A DNA stretch of 64,000 nt, taken from the NCBI GenBank assembly GCA_041906505.1, contig JAYRJB010000007.1, positions 18,964-82,963 on the forward strand. Reading direction: 5' to 3'. The DNA comes from Candidatus Saccharimonadales bacterium (GTDB lineage: Bacteria; Patescibacteriota; Saccharimonadia; Saccharimonadales; 2-12-FULL-41-12). The notes below the pieces were generated by a model that searched no databases, was not told the DNA's origin, and saw only the letters and a program-made list of their open reading frames with translations. Of this stretch, positions 27,800 through 37,272 are shown piece after piece (positions within the stretch are counted from its first letter, which is position 1; each line of letters opens with the position of its first letter). Made by a program: the position numbers and the translations under genes.

Positions 27800-28828
27800 A
27801 TGTTGCCAGAAATAAAACAAAATATCCCCCTAAAAGACTACTCCACGATGCGCCTGGGAGGGCCAGCACGTTTCTTGTGCGAAATTACTCAAACCGACCA
27901 GATCCCGGCTGTTATTGAATGGGCAAACGAACAGAATGTTCCTTTTGTGATGATTGGGGGTGGGAGTAATATTGTCTGGTCCGACCAAGGGTATCCTGGC
28001 GTAGTAATGGTCAACAAGTTGATGGGTTATGAGGTTCAAGATCAAGGCGAGGCGCAATATTTAATTGTTGGTGCTGGTGAAAACTGGGATTCTGTTGTTA
28101 TGCGAAGCGTCGAAGCAGGACTATCGGGACTGGAGCAACTTTCGCTGATTCCAGGTTCTGCTGGAGCTACCCCAATACAAAATGTTGGGGCTTATGGCAG
28201 AGAGGTTGCCGATGTTTTGGTGTGTGTCCAGGTGTATGATATTGCTCAAAAAAAGGTAATTGTGCTTCCCAAATCGGAATGTGGTTTTGGCTATCGTACC
28301 AGCCGTTTTAAAGCCACTGATAAGGGAAAGTTTTTAGTAACCTCTATTACTTTTGCCCTTTCAACCGCGCCTCCTTCGCCACCTTTTTACAGCAGCGTTG
28401 AGGACTACCTAAAAACCAATGGTATTACCGAGATGTCGTCAGCCACAATTCGCGAAGCCGTGATGGCCATTCGAAACGCAAAGCTCCCCAACCCTGCGGT
28501 GGTAGCAAACTGCGGATCGTTCTTCCATAACCCCATCATTCCAATGCTTGAACTCGAAAGAATAAAAAATGAAAACCCCAATATTGTGTATTGGCCTATA
28601 AGCGACGATGAGGCAAAGGTTTCTGCTGGGTGGCTTCTTGAGCAACTTGGCCTAAAAGGTTACCACGAACCAAACACAGGTATGGCTATTTGGGACAAGC
28701 AAGCTTTAGTGTTCGTTAACGAAAAAGCCACAAAAACAGCGCAACTTCTTGCCTTTCGCGATGCGATAGTTCAATCCGTTAGAGACAAATACGGTATTAG
28801 CTTGGTTCAAGAGCCAGAACTCATTTAG
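27800..28828 (+). CDS. murB: UDP-N-acetylenolpyruvoylglucosamine reductase
   Basis: FAD-binding DYSTMRLGGPARF...MIGGGSNIV. 342 aa. Confidence 0.85.
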   Translation: MLPEIKQNIPLKDYSTMRLGGPARFLCEITQTDQIPAVIEWANEQNVPFVMIGGGSNIVWSDQGYPGVVMVNKLMGYEVQDQGEAQYLIVGAGENWDSVVMRSVEAGLSGLEQLSLIPGSAGATPIQNVGAYGREVADVLVCVQVYDIAQKKVIVLPKSECGFGYRTSRFKATDKGKFLVTSITFALSTAPPSPPFYSSVEDYLKTNGITEMSSATIREAVMAIRNAKLPNPAVVANCGSFFHNPIIPMLELERIKNENPNIVYWPISDDEAKVSAGWLLEQLGLKGYHEPNTGMAIWDKQALVFVNEKATKTAQLLAFRDAIVQSVRDKYGISLVQEPELI

Positions 28829-28878
28829 TTCAAAAACGCGGAAACCTATGGCGGCTTGGAGTCTTTAACAAGTTATTG

Positions 28879-30174
28879 TTATTTTTTATCGCTGGGAAGC
28901 GGAAAGTCTTTGGTAAATTCGACGACCTCTTTTTTTAGAGTATCTAGACTTTTTTCATCGTTTCGGGCGTCAATCGCACGCTTCATCCAATCGGCCACCA
29001 ATGTCATATGCTCCTCTTCCATGCCACGAGACGTAATAGCCGGAGTACCAAGGCGAATGCCACTTGGCCGAAACGGCGGTAATGTGTCATTCGGTATGGC
29101 GTTCTTGTTCAATGTAAGCCCAATACGATCCAGAGCCTTCTCGGCAACATCGCCGTCAATACCAAATGAAGTATGGACATCAACCAACAGCAAATGATTG
29201 TCGGTGCCGTTGGTAATGAGCTTGAAACCTCTGCTCATTAGTTCTTCGGCAAGCTTTTGTGCGTTCTTGATTATCTGCTGTGCGTATACCTTAAACTCGG
29301 GCTTTTGAGCCTCACCAAATGCAACAGCTTTTGCAGCGACCGTATGCATGTGCGGACCACCTTGAAACCCTGGAAACACTTCACGATCTATAAGCGTCGG
29401 TAGGTTTTTTACCGTTTTTTCGGGTGCTTTTAGCGGGTTGCCTACCACTCCCTTACTTAAAATCAAACCACCCCGCGGGCCGCGTAGGGTCTTATGCGTT
29501 GTGCTGGTGATAATGTGAAACCCAAAATCAAACGGATTGGGAAGTGCCTTTCCAGCAATTAATCCAGCAATATGTGCCATATCCGCCATTAACACTGCCC
29601 CAACCTCATTCCCGATTTCTGCAAACTTTGCATAATCCAGACTTCGAGGGTACCCACTAAAGCCAGCAAGCAAGATCTTTGGTTTTTCTTTTAGGGCCAC
29701 TTGACGCATTTCTTCGTAGTCAATCTCGCCGGTTTCTACGTCCTTAATTCCGTAGCGCACAAAGTTATAAAGTTTGGCAGAGCTGGTGACTGGGTGACCA
29801 TGCGTAAGATGGCCGCCGTGATCAAGCTTCATACCCATTACCGTATCTCCCGGCTCAAGCCAGGCTTGATAAACAGCAATATTGGCAGGAGCACCAGAAT
29901 GAGCCTGGACGTTGGCGTGATCGGCGGCAAATAAGTCCTTTGCCCTATCAATGGCAAGCTGTTCGACTTGATCGGTATTTTCTTGGCCGCCGTAATATCT
30001 TTTTCCTGGATAGCCCTCGGAGTATTTGTTGGTAAACACACTTCCCATTGCCGTGAGCACGTCACGACTTACATAGTTCTCGCTTGGAATTAGTTCAAGA
30101 CCCTCACGCTGTCTCTGTTCTTCCGCGCGAATAAGGTCCGCAATTTGTGTGTCGTTCATGGTTGTTGCCTCCAA
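28879..30174 (-). CDS. glyA: Serine hydroxymethyltransferase
   Basis: LELIPSENYVS, PLP-lysine region TTHKTLRGPRGG. 431 aa. Confidence 0.93.
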   Translation of the reverse strand: MEATTMNDTQIADLIRAEEQRQREGLELIPSENYVSRDVLTAMGSVFTNKYSEGYPGKRYYGGQENTDQVEQLAIDRAKDLFAADHANVQAHSGAPANIAVYQAWLEPGDTVMGMKLDHGGHLTHGHPVTSSAKLYNFVRYGIKDVETGEIDYEEMRQVALKEKPKILLAGFSGYPRSLDYAKFAEIGNEVGAVLMADMAHIAGLIAGKALPNPFDFGFHIITSTTHKTLRGPRGGLILSKGVVGNPLKAPEKTVKNLPTLIDREVFPGFQGGPHMHTVAAKAVAFGEAQKPEFKVYAQQIIKNAQKLAEELMSRGFKLITNGTDNHLLLVDVHTSFGIDGDVAEKALDRIGLTLNKNAIPNDTLPPFRPSGIRLGTPAITSRGMEEEHMTLVADWMKRAIDARNDEKSLDTLKKEVVEFTKDFPLPSDKK

Positions 30175-30350
30175 ATTATTCCGCTTGATGTATGCCGACG
30201 AACACCCGCAAAGGTTATTGCTTTATTGTAACCGAACAAAAACCCAAAGGCCATCGCCGAACCCCCAATATTACACAGTGGCATTTTCTCTCAATATCAA
30301 GGATTATTTTTTGTTGCCAGATTTGTCATATGTGGTATATTTATGGTGTT

Positions 30351-31871
30351 ATGTTGAATACCAACGAAAAGATCGGTCAACTAATTTATCAAATTAGGCA
30401 AGAACGAGGACTTACCCAAGCCGAGTTTGCGCGGCGACTTGGAACATCTCAGAGTGCAGTCAATCGGATCGAAAAGGGACGACAAAACTTGAGCCTCGAA
30501 ACCCTTGGGCGGATAAGTGACGTGCTGAACAAACAGATTATCTCTCTTGGTGGTGGCGCCGTAAACCTAAGAATTGAGGGCGGACACGAACTTTCTGGCA
30601 GCATTGAAACCAAAGTATCGAAGAACGCTGCTGTTTGCCTCTTGTTTGCGGCGCTTTTGAATAAAGGCACAACTAGGCTCAAGCGCATGCCACGAATCGA
30701 AGAAGTTAATCGCCTTATCGAAGTACTTACTAGCATCGGGGTAAAAGTCCGATGGATGGCTGGCAATGATTTGGAGATCCGACCACCAGAAAAATTAGAT
30801 CTTTCCAGCATTGACGCCCAGGCCGCCCGTAAAACCCGGAGCGTAATAATGATGTTTGGGCCGCTAATTCATCTGTTTAATGACTTCAAGATACCTTATG
30901 CGGGTGGCTGCAAGCTCGGAACCCGCACCGTACAACCCCATTTGTTTGCCCTCGAAGAGTTTGGGGTCAACATTGTTGCAAAAACCGGCTACTACCACGT
31001 AAGTGTAGAGCACAAAACGCCATCCCACGTAGTCCTCTACGAGTCTGGAGACACCACCACAGAAAATGTGTTGATGGCTACCGCGAGACACGACAAAGAA
31101 GTCACAATCAAAATGGCTAGCGCCAACTACATGGTCCAAGATCTCTGTTACTTCCTAAAGAAGCTCGGGGTTAAGATCGAAGGAATTGGTACCAGCACAC
31201 TCAAAGTGACCGGCGTAAAACACATCAAAAAGAACGTGACTTACTATCCAACCGAAGATCCGATCGAATCAATGACATTTATTGCTGCAGCGGTCACAAC
31301 AAATTCTTCGATCACCGTCAAGCGCGCCCCGCTAGACTTCGTTGAGCTTGAGCTGCTAAAACTCAAAAAAATGGGGCTAAAAGTTGATATGAGCAAGTCC
31401 TACAAAGCCGCGAATGGGCACGCAGACTTGGTCGACATCACCGTTCATAAACACAACGGCAAGCTGACCGCGCTTGACGAAAAAATTTACGCCCGCCCCT
31501 ACCCAGGCCTTAACATTGATAACTTGCCCTATTTTGTACCGATCGCCGCCGTTGCAAAGGGACGAACACTTATTCATGACTGGGTGTACGAAGAGCGTGC
31601 TATTTATTATACCGAGCTGAGAAAGCTCGGGGTCAACGTTACCCTTGCTGATCCTCATAGAGCTTTCATTGACGGACCAACTCGTTGGCGAGTCGCCGAC
31701 ATTGTGTGCCCTCCCGCACTTCGGCCGGCCGTACTCTTACTTATTGGTATGTTAGCCGCAAATGGTACTTCAATGCTGAGAAATGTCTACTCGATAAATC
31801 GTGGCTATGAATATCTTGCGGAGCGCTTAAATGATCTGGGTGCCAAAATTACCATCTTGCATGACATATAG
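30351..31871 (+). CDS. murA: XRE-HTH domain fused in-frame to UDP-N-acetylglucosamine 1-carboxyvinyltransferase
   Basis: N-terminal IGQLIYQIRQERGLTQAEFARRLGTSQSAVNRIEKGRQNLSLETLGRISDVL (Cro/C1 HTH). It runs directly, with no stop and no internal Met, into the MurA N-terminus VSKNAAVCLLFAALL. Catalytic Cys in AGGCKLGTRTV. C-terminal SINRGYEYLAERL. Confidence 0.8.
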   Translation: MLNTNEKIGQLIYQIRQERGLTQAEFARRLGTSQSAVNRIEKGRQNLSLETLGRISDVLNKQIISLGGGAVNLRIEGGHELSGSIETKVSKNAAVCLLFAALLNKGTTRLKRMPRIEEVNRLIEVLTSIGVKVRWMAGNDLEIRPPEKLDLSSIDAQAARKTRSVIMMFGPLIHLFNDFKIPYAGGCKLGTRTVQPHLFALEEFGVNIVAKTGYYHVSVEHKTPSHVVLYESGDTTTENVLMATARHDKEVTIKMASANYMVQDLCYFLKKLGVKIEGIGTSTLKVTGVKHIKKNVTYYPTEDPIESMTFIAAAVTTNSSITVKRAPLDFVELELLKLKKMGLKVDMSKSYKAANGHADLVDITVHKHNGKLTALDEKIYARPYPGLNIDNLPYFVPIAAVAKGRTLIHDWVYEERAIYYTELRKLGVNVTLADPHRAFIDGPTRWRVADIVCPPALRPAVLLLIGMLAANGTSMLRNVYSINRGYEYLAERLNDLGAKITILHDI

Positions 31872-31910
31872 TTGCCAAGCTGCTATAATGACCTCTGTTT
31901 TATAGCCCTT

Positions 31911-31985
31911 GCGGGTGTCGTATAATGGCTAATATACCTGCCTTCCAAGCAAGTGATGCGAGTTCGATTCTCGCCACCCGCACCA
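31911..31985 (+). tRNA. tRNA-Gly (anticodon UCC)
   Basis: GCGGGTG...CACCCGC-A-CCA. Anticodon loop CTTCCAA. Closely resembles the canonical bacterial tRNA-Gly(UCC). Confidence 0.85.
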
Positions 31986-32011
31986 ATACTTAACATGTTA
32001 AGCACACCTAT

Positions 32012-32088
32012 GCCCCGGTAGCTCAGTGGATTAGAGCAATGGGCTTCTATCCCACAGGTCGGGGGTTCGAATCCCTCCCGGGGTGCCA
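32012..32088 (+). tRNA. tRNA-Arg (anticodon UCU)
   Basis: GCCCCGG-TA-GCTCAGTGGATTAGAGC, anticodon loop CTTCTAT, T-arm GGGGG-TTCGAAT-CCCTC, CCGGGGT-G-CCA. Confidence 0.8.
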
Positions 32089-32093
32089 ATTTA

Positions 32094-32120
32094 GAGAACG
32101 AACCTCGTTGTTCGTTTTTT
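32094..32120 (+). terminator. Rho-independent terminator after the tRNA-Gly/tRNA-Arg pair
   Basis: ACGAAC-CTCGTT-GTTCGT followed by TTTTT. Confidence 0.6.
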
Positions 32121-32218
32121 AAATTGATATCCGAGAGACGGATTCACCCCTCCGACCAAAAAGGTCAAGGCGAGAAATGCCAGCGGGCTTTAGAAGCTTG
32201 TCAGTCGACAGCTGTGGC

Positions 32219-33379
32219 TTAGTCTTCGTCGACGATGTTCGCCATGGTTCTGGCAGTTGCCTTCCACCACGGTTCGAAGTCACGGTAGCCTATCCAGTCC
32301 GCTGCCAGCCGCAGCGTCCACCCCAGCCACCCGTAAAACCGCAACCGACCCCAGACAACCGCAGCCCATCTTTCTCCCACAGGAATGATATACACCGGTT
32401 TTCTGTCTCTGTACGGTATTTTTGGTTGGTCATGATATTCGCGAACAAGATTGTTCGCCACACTCACGGCATCATGAAGCGCAGTTTGGGCCATTCCAGA
32501 GTAAGTCGTCTCGGCATTATCGCCAATTACATAAATATCATCACCCGCGGAGAGATACTCATCAACAACCACTTTTTTTCGAGGACTAAGTTCAAAGTCG
32601 TTGTGGTCAAAAAAGGGATTGTTGGCAATGCCGGCAGTCCAAATAACCGTTTTACTCTCGATCTTTGTATCATTCACCAACAATACATCTTTAGTTTCGC
32701 CTTGAACTGTGGCGTTTGTCATCACCTTTATGCCGAGTCGGCGAAGTCGACGCGTAATAGCCCGAGACGTCGATTTCGGTAGAGCCGGTAAAATTTGTTT
32801 CTTTGCCTCAATTAGCTCGACTTTTACCGGCTTTCTGCCAATGTAGTATTTTTTCATTAACTTATGGATGTAGTCTGGCAACACACTGGAAAACTCAATT
32901 CCCGTCGGCCCCGCGCCGACAACAATGTAGTTAAGATCGGGCGTATGAGCATTGATGAGCTGTTCTTGGAGATGAGCCTTGAGAGCCTCGGCCTTTTCAA
33001 CCGATTTCACTGAATAGCTGTTATCGGCAAGACCGTTTATTCCAAAATAATTTGTCACCGAACCCAACGACAGCACTAGCACATCGTAGGTGAGCTTTTT
33101 GCCGCCTTTTATGCTAAGTGTTTTTTGAGTCCTATCTACTTTTGTTGCCTCGCCCTTGATCATCTGTATTGGCTTGTTTGCAATCAGCTCGCCAATTGGA
33201 ATGCTCGACACCACTCTACTGCCACCTGCCGCGGTATGGTACAGCGAGGGGTAGTAATTAAATATCGTATCCGAAGCAACGAGTGTAATTAAGAAATCGT
33301 GGTGTTTTGCCAGTTCAAGGGCCGTCTTTAGTCCACCAAAGCCCCCACCGACTATCACCACCCTTGTTTGTCTTTTCAT
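32219..33379 (-). CDS. ndh: Type II NADH:quinone oxidoreductase (NDH-2)
   Basis: Two dinucleotide-binding folds: VVIVGGGFGGLKTA and YIVVGAGPTGIEFS. Confidence 0.85.
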   Translation of the reverse strand: MKRQTRVVIVGGGFGGLKTALELAKHHDFLITLVASDTIFNYYPSLYHTAAGGSRVVSSIPIGELIANKPIQMIKGEATKVDRTQKTLSIKGGKKLTYDVLVLSLGSVTNYFGINGLADNSYSVKSVEKAEALKAHLQEQLINAHTPDLNYIVVGAGPTGIEFSSVLPDYIHKLMKKYYIGRKPVKVELIEAKKQILPALPKSTSRAITRRLRRLGIKVMTNATVQGETKDVLLVNDTKIESKTVIWTAGIANNPFFDHNDFELSPRKKVVVDEYLSAGDDIYVIGDNAETTYSGMAQTALHDAVSVANNLVREYHDQPKIPYRDRKPVYIIPVGERWAAVVWGRLRFYGWLGWTLRLAADWIGYRDFEPWWKATARTMANIVDED

Positions 33380-33405
33380 AACTTCCTTGGTGTTTAGTAT
33401 ACACG

Positions 33406-35109
33406 ATGTTACAAAGCATAAGTGTAGTTTATGCTATGCTAGCTCAAGATAATATGCAGGATTTTATCCAAAAACTACAGACAACTGGCTTTAAGGGCGA
33501 TATCAAAACAGATCAAGACACGCTTGAATTTTATAGCCATGATGCATCATTGTTTGAGGTAAAGCCTAAGCTGGTGGTTGCCCCAAAGGACTCGGAAGAC
33601 GTTCAGTTGCTTACAAGGTTGGTTGCAGAGCAAAAAAATCAATCTCCAAACCTTAGCCTCACCGCCCGCAGCGGTGGCACCTGCATGTCAGGTGGATCAA
33701 TCAATGAATCAATTATTGTGGACTTTAATGCGCATATGCACGCTGTTGGGGAAGTTACCGAAAACTCGGCACGCGTACAACCCGGCATGTTTTATCGTGA
33801 CTTTGAAAAGAAAACACTCGAACACGGTGCAATTATGCCCTCTTATCCAGCAAGTCGAGAGCTCTGTACTGTTGGGGGCATGGTCGCAAATAATGCCGGC
33901 GGTGAAAAATCGCTTGAATTTGGCAAAACCGAAAAATTTGTCCAAGAACTACGGATTGTCTTGCGCGATGGAAATGAGTACATTGTAAAGCCGCTTAGTA
34001 AGGGCGAGCTGGACGTAAAAATGAGACAAGACAACTTAGAGGGGCAGCTCTATAGGGATACGTTTGATTTGGTAGAAAAGAATTATGAGTCACTGCAACG
34101 CGCCCGCCCGAGGGTTTCTAAGGATTCGACTGGGTATCACTTATGGAATGTCTGGGATCCAAAAAAAGAAATATTTGATCTCACGCAAGTCATTGTTGGT
34201 TCTCAAGGGACCTTGGGGCTGGTGACTGATATCAAATTTCGATTGGTAAAAAACCCGGCTCATTCTGGCACATTAGTTTTGTTCTTGCGCGATTTGCGCG
34301 ATCTTGGCGAGCTGATTAACGATGTCATGACGCATAAGCCTGCAACTTTCGAAGGCTTCGACAACTATACGCTAATGTTGAGCTTTAAGCTGTTCTTCTA
34401 TTTCAGAAAAACTCTCGGTTGGATTGGGATGATGAAATTAGGCATTCAGCTTATACCAGACGCTCTCAAGTTATTTAGGGGCATACCGAAGATGGTATTG
34501 CTTGTGCAGTTTACAGGTAACACGCCACAAGATGTCGCAGACAAAGTTCATGCCTTACGGCGCTCGCTCACAAAATACGACCACGAAACGCTGTTTGAAG
34601 AAGACGAAACCGAAATAAAGGAAAAGAAGTTCTGGATCATGCGTCACGAAAGTTTTAATTTGCTGCGTAAAAAAGTAAAAGATAAGCACACCGCGCCTTA
34701 TATCGATGACTTAGTTGTAAATCCAGAACACTTACCAAACTTTTTGCCCGAACTGCGAGCCATAATAAATAAGTATGGGCTTTTGGCAACAATTGCGGGG
34801 CATATGGGCGATGGCAATTTTCATGTGATACCGCTCATGAAGCTCGAGAATAAAGATGAGCGGGCAAAATTGCGCCCATCAATGAAAGAAGTGAACGAAT
34901 TAGTGCTTAAATACGGCGGATCGCTGTCGGGCGAACATAATGATGGTATGAGTAGAGGACCTTGGCTTGAGCAAATGTACGGCCCAGAAATACTAGAGCT
35001 CTTCAAAAAAACTAAACATATTTTTGATCCCGACAATCTTTTTAACCCCCACAAAAAGACTGACGCAGACTGGGATTATTCATTCTCGCATATTCGCGAC
35101 CACTTCTGA
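33406..35109 (+). CDS. FAD-linked oxidase (GlcD/D-lactate dehydrogenase-like, FAD_binding_4 plus C-terminal domain)
   Basis: SGGTCMSGGS FAD-binding motif and HMGDGNFH in the C-terminal domain. Start uncertain (Met 33406 vs 33436). Confidence 0.7.
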   Translation: MLQSISVVYAMLAQDNMQDFIQKLQTTGFKGDIKTDQDTLEFYSHDASLFEVKPKLVVAPKDSEDVQLLTRLVAEQKNQSPNLSLTARSGGTCMSGGSINESIIVDFNAHMHAVGEVTENSARVQPGMFYRDFEKKTLEHGAIMPSYPASRELCTVGGMVANNAGGEKSLEFGKTEKFVQELRIVLRDGNEYIVKPLSKGELDVKMRQDNLEGQLYRDTFDLVEKNYESLQRARPRVSKDSTGYHLWNVWDPKKEIFDLTQVIVGSQGTLGLVTDIKFRLVKNPAHSGTLVLFLRDLRDLGELINDVMTHKPATFEGFDNYTLMLSFKLFFYFRKTLGWIGMMKLGIQLIPDALKLFRGIPKMVLLVQFTGNTPQDVADKVHALRRSLTKYDHETLFEEDETEIKEKKFWIMRHESFNLLRKKVKDKHTAPYIDDLVVNPEHLPNFLPELRAIINKYGLLATIAGHMGDGNFHVIPLMKLENKDERAKLRPSMKEVNELVLKYGGSLSGEHNDGMSRGPWLEQMYGPEILELFKKTKHIFDPDNLFNPHKKTDADWDYSFSHIRDHF

Positions 35110-35116
35110 TCTACTA

Positions 35117-35389
35117 CTATGAATGGTCAAAGTTCTTGGCTTCAGCTTTTGCTGAAAGCCTTCTGCTAGCCATACCAACCCCAAAAGAAACCACGGTTAA
35201 ATATAGCAGTCCACTCATGCATGTTTTCAAAAGAGGAGCACCTGTAGCAATAACCAAGGCAGTTCCGCTGGCAAGCGTCCCGGCGATAAATGCGTATGCC
35301 CCGTATAATTTTGCCGTTGATGGACTAAAGTAAAGATAGGTAGTCCAAACTAGGCTGAGTAGGGCAATGGATATGTGTAGTAATAACAT
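35117..35389 (-). CDS. Possible small membrane protein (90 aa) downstream of the heme O synthase gene
   Basis: Three hydrophobic helices. No motif. Confidence 0.3.
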   Translation of the reverse strand: MLLLHISIALLSLVWTTYLYFSPSTAKLYGAYAFIAGTLASGTALVIATGAPLLKTCMSGLLYLTVVSFGVGMASRRLSAKAEAKNFDHS

Positions 35390-35421
35390 AAGCTAGATAA
35401 AGTATATACGTTTCGACTGGA

Positions 35422-36276
35422 CTATGGAAGAAGGCTATCCAAAGATATCATCATGGAAAACCCAAGCAAAACTATGAGAGAGACACCAAACATTTTTCGT
35501 GCCCATTTTGTGTCGTTTGTTGTGTGAAATTGTTTTGCGCCAACGTAAAACCATATGAGGCCTAGTCCACAGACCACGAACAAGTACGTGTACCCCGTAT
35601 AGTCAAACAGGGTAAGAAGTGAGGCCGCCCCTATAAATGCCGCGACATAATAAAGTATCTGTCGCTTAGTGGCACGCACACCTTTTACCAGCGGCAACAC
35701 CGGAATGTTTGCGTCAGAATAATCCTTGCGTCGAAAAATTGATATTGAATAAAAATGTGGCATTTGCCAACAAACTAAAATAACAAAAAGCAGTACTGCC
35801 CCAAAATCCAGTGTTGAGGTTACCGCCGTATACCCCGCCACCGGTGGGACAGCCCCCGATACGCTACCCACGAGTGTGCCAAACCGGGTCCTTCGCTTGA
35901 AAATGCTATAGACAACAACGTAGGCAAACCAACCGACTGCACCAACGAGCACTGTAGTGAAGTTGGTGAACGCTATGAGTGTTGCCATACCCAAAACACC
36001 AAGTACTGTTCCGAAAACCAGTGCACTTCTTTTGGATATTTCACCACTCACCAACGCTCTTTTTTGCGTTCTTTTCATTTTGGCGTCTATTTCTTGGTCG
36101 AGATAATTATTAAACACGCACCCAGAAGCCATAACCAACGCCGAACCAATAACTGTTTGTAGCAACAACCAGCCGTCGACCGTTCCCTTGGAAGCGAGCA
36201 AAAATCCGCCAATCACGGTAAGTAAGTTGCCTCGAATAATCCCAGGCTTTGTAAGCCGGTAATATTTATTGATCAA
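35422..36276 (-). CDS. cyoE: Protoheme IX farnesyltransferase (heme O synthase)
   Basis: UbiA-fold NNYLDQEIDAKMKRT...RALVSG motifs. 284 aa. Overlaps cyoD by 4 nt. Confidence 0.85.
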   Translation of the reverse strand: MINKYYRLTKPGIIRGNLLTVIGGFLLASKGTVDGWLLLQTVIGSALVMASGCVFNNYLDQEIDAKMKRTQKRALVSGEISKRSALVFGTVLGVLGMATLIAFTNFTTVLVGAVGWFAYVVVYSIFKRRTRFGTLVGSVSGAVPPVAGYTAVTSTLDFGAVLLFVILVCWQMPHFYSISIFRRKDYSDANIPVLPLVKGVRATKRQILYYVAAFIGAASLLTLFDYTGYTYLFVVCGLGLIWFYVGAKQFHTTNDTKWARKMFGVSLIVLLGFSMMISLDSLLP

Positions 36277-36668
36277 CGAGGATTGATTCCTTCGTCTTCG
36301 ATTATGTACGAGTCTGTCGGCTGCTCAATATGCGGGTGCCTATAGTCAAGATTGTCCATAATCCAAAGCGTGCCAGCCACCAGTACGGTTACCACCATCA
36401 CCATAAAGTACAGGGCAATAGTATTCCATCTCGGCTTTGATTCCCGGCCTAGATGAAGAAAGAAAACCACCTGAACGATAAATTGTATCATTGCCAAGAA
36501 GAGCACAACGTACATAATCGTCCGGTGCGAGGGAGAGTTATGCTGGGAGTTAATATGGGCGACGACGAGACTATACGCGATTAACGTCAACGCAATTGAA
36601 AGCACAAAACCAATCACATACGAAAACAAGCTTTGACGATCTTGCGAGGAAAGTTGCTGTTTTGCCAT
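36273..36668 (-). CDS. cyoD: Quinol oxidase subunit IV
   Basis: 131-aa three-TM protein in the canonical position between subunit III and heme O synthase. Confidence 0.65.
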   Translation of the reverse strand: MAKQQLSSQDRQSLFSYVIGFVLSIALTLIAYSLVVAHINSQHNSPSHRTIMYVVLFLAMIQFIVQVVFFLHLGRESKPRWNTIALYFMVMVVTVLVAGTLWIMDNLDYRHPHIEQPTDSYIIEDEGINPR

Positions 36669-36672
36669 ACGA

Positions 36673-37272
36673 CTACCCCGCTGCCCCTATTAAATACACG
36701 ACTGAAAAAATAAAGATCCAGATTATGTCCAAAAAGTGCCAGAACAAACTCAGCAAAATAAGTCTCTTTGTGATAGTGCTGGTTATTCCTTTTTGTATAA
36801 TGCTAACAGAGAGGACTGCCATCCAAGTCAGCCCAACGGCAATATGAAGCCCGTGGGTTCCAACAAGCGTGAAATATGATGATAAGAATGCACTGCGAGT
36901 CCAGCTATTTCCTTCCTCTACAAGATGACGGAACTCGGCGATCTCCATACCAAGAAAGGCAAGACCAAGCAAAAAAGTGACACCCAGCCAGAAAAGAACT
37001 TGGTTTTTTTGACGACGATGAAGCGCCCACATTGCAAGCCCAGCCGTAAAGCTACTCGTAAGCAGTAGTAGGGTTTCTACAAGCACATACGGCAACTCAA
37101 AGATCTCCTCTCCAGTGGGGCCACCAAAGGTGTTATTGTGGAGAACAGCATAGGTTGCAAACAAGCTCGCAAACACCACACAGTCGGTCATTAAGTATAC
37201 CCAAAAACCAAGCACCGTCTTTGAGTCGTCACTATGCGGCGATAGGGCTTGGCTCGGCAACGCTTTGCTCAT
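36673..37272 (-). CDS. cyoC: Quinol oxidase subunit III
   Basis: COX3-family motifs: [18 protein letters not shown]. Confidence 0.8.
   Translation of the reverse strand: MSKALPSQALSPHSDDSKTVLGFWVYLMTDCVVFASLFATYAVLHNNTFGGPTGEEIFELPYVLVETLLLLTSSFTAGLAMWALHRRQKNQVLFWLGVTFLLGLAFLGMEIAEFRHLVEEGNSWTRSAFLSSYFTLVGTHGLHIAVGLTWMAVLSVSIIQKGITSTITKRLILLSLFWHFLDIIWIFIFSVVYLIGAAG

Noticed and set aside
31883-32089. 68-aa minus-strand ORF
   Set aside because: It overlaps tRNA-Gly and tRNA-Arg(UCU). The translation (MAPREGFEPPTCGIE...) is the classic artefact of reading through tRNA genes.
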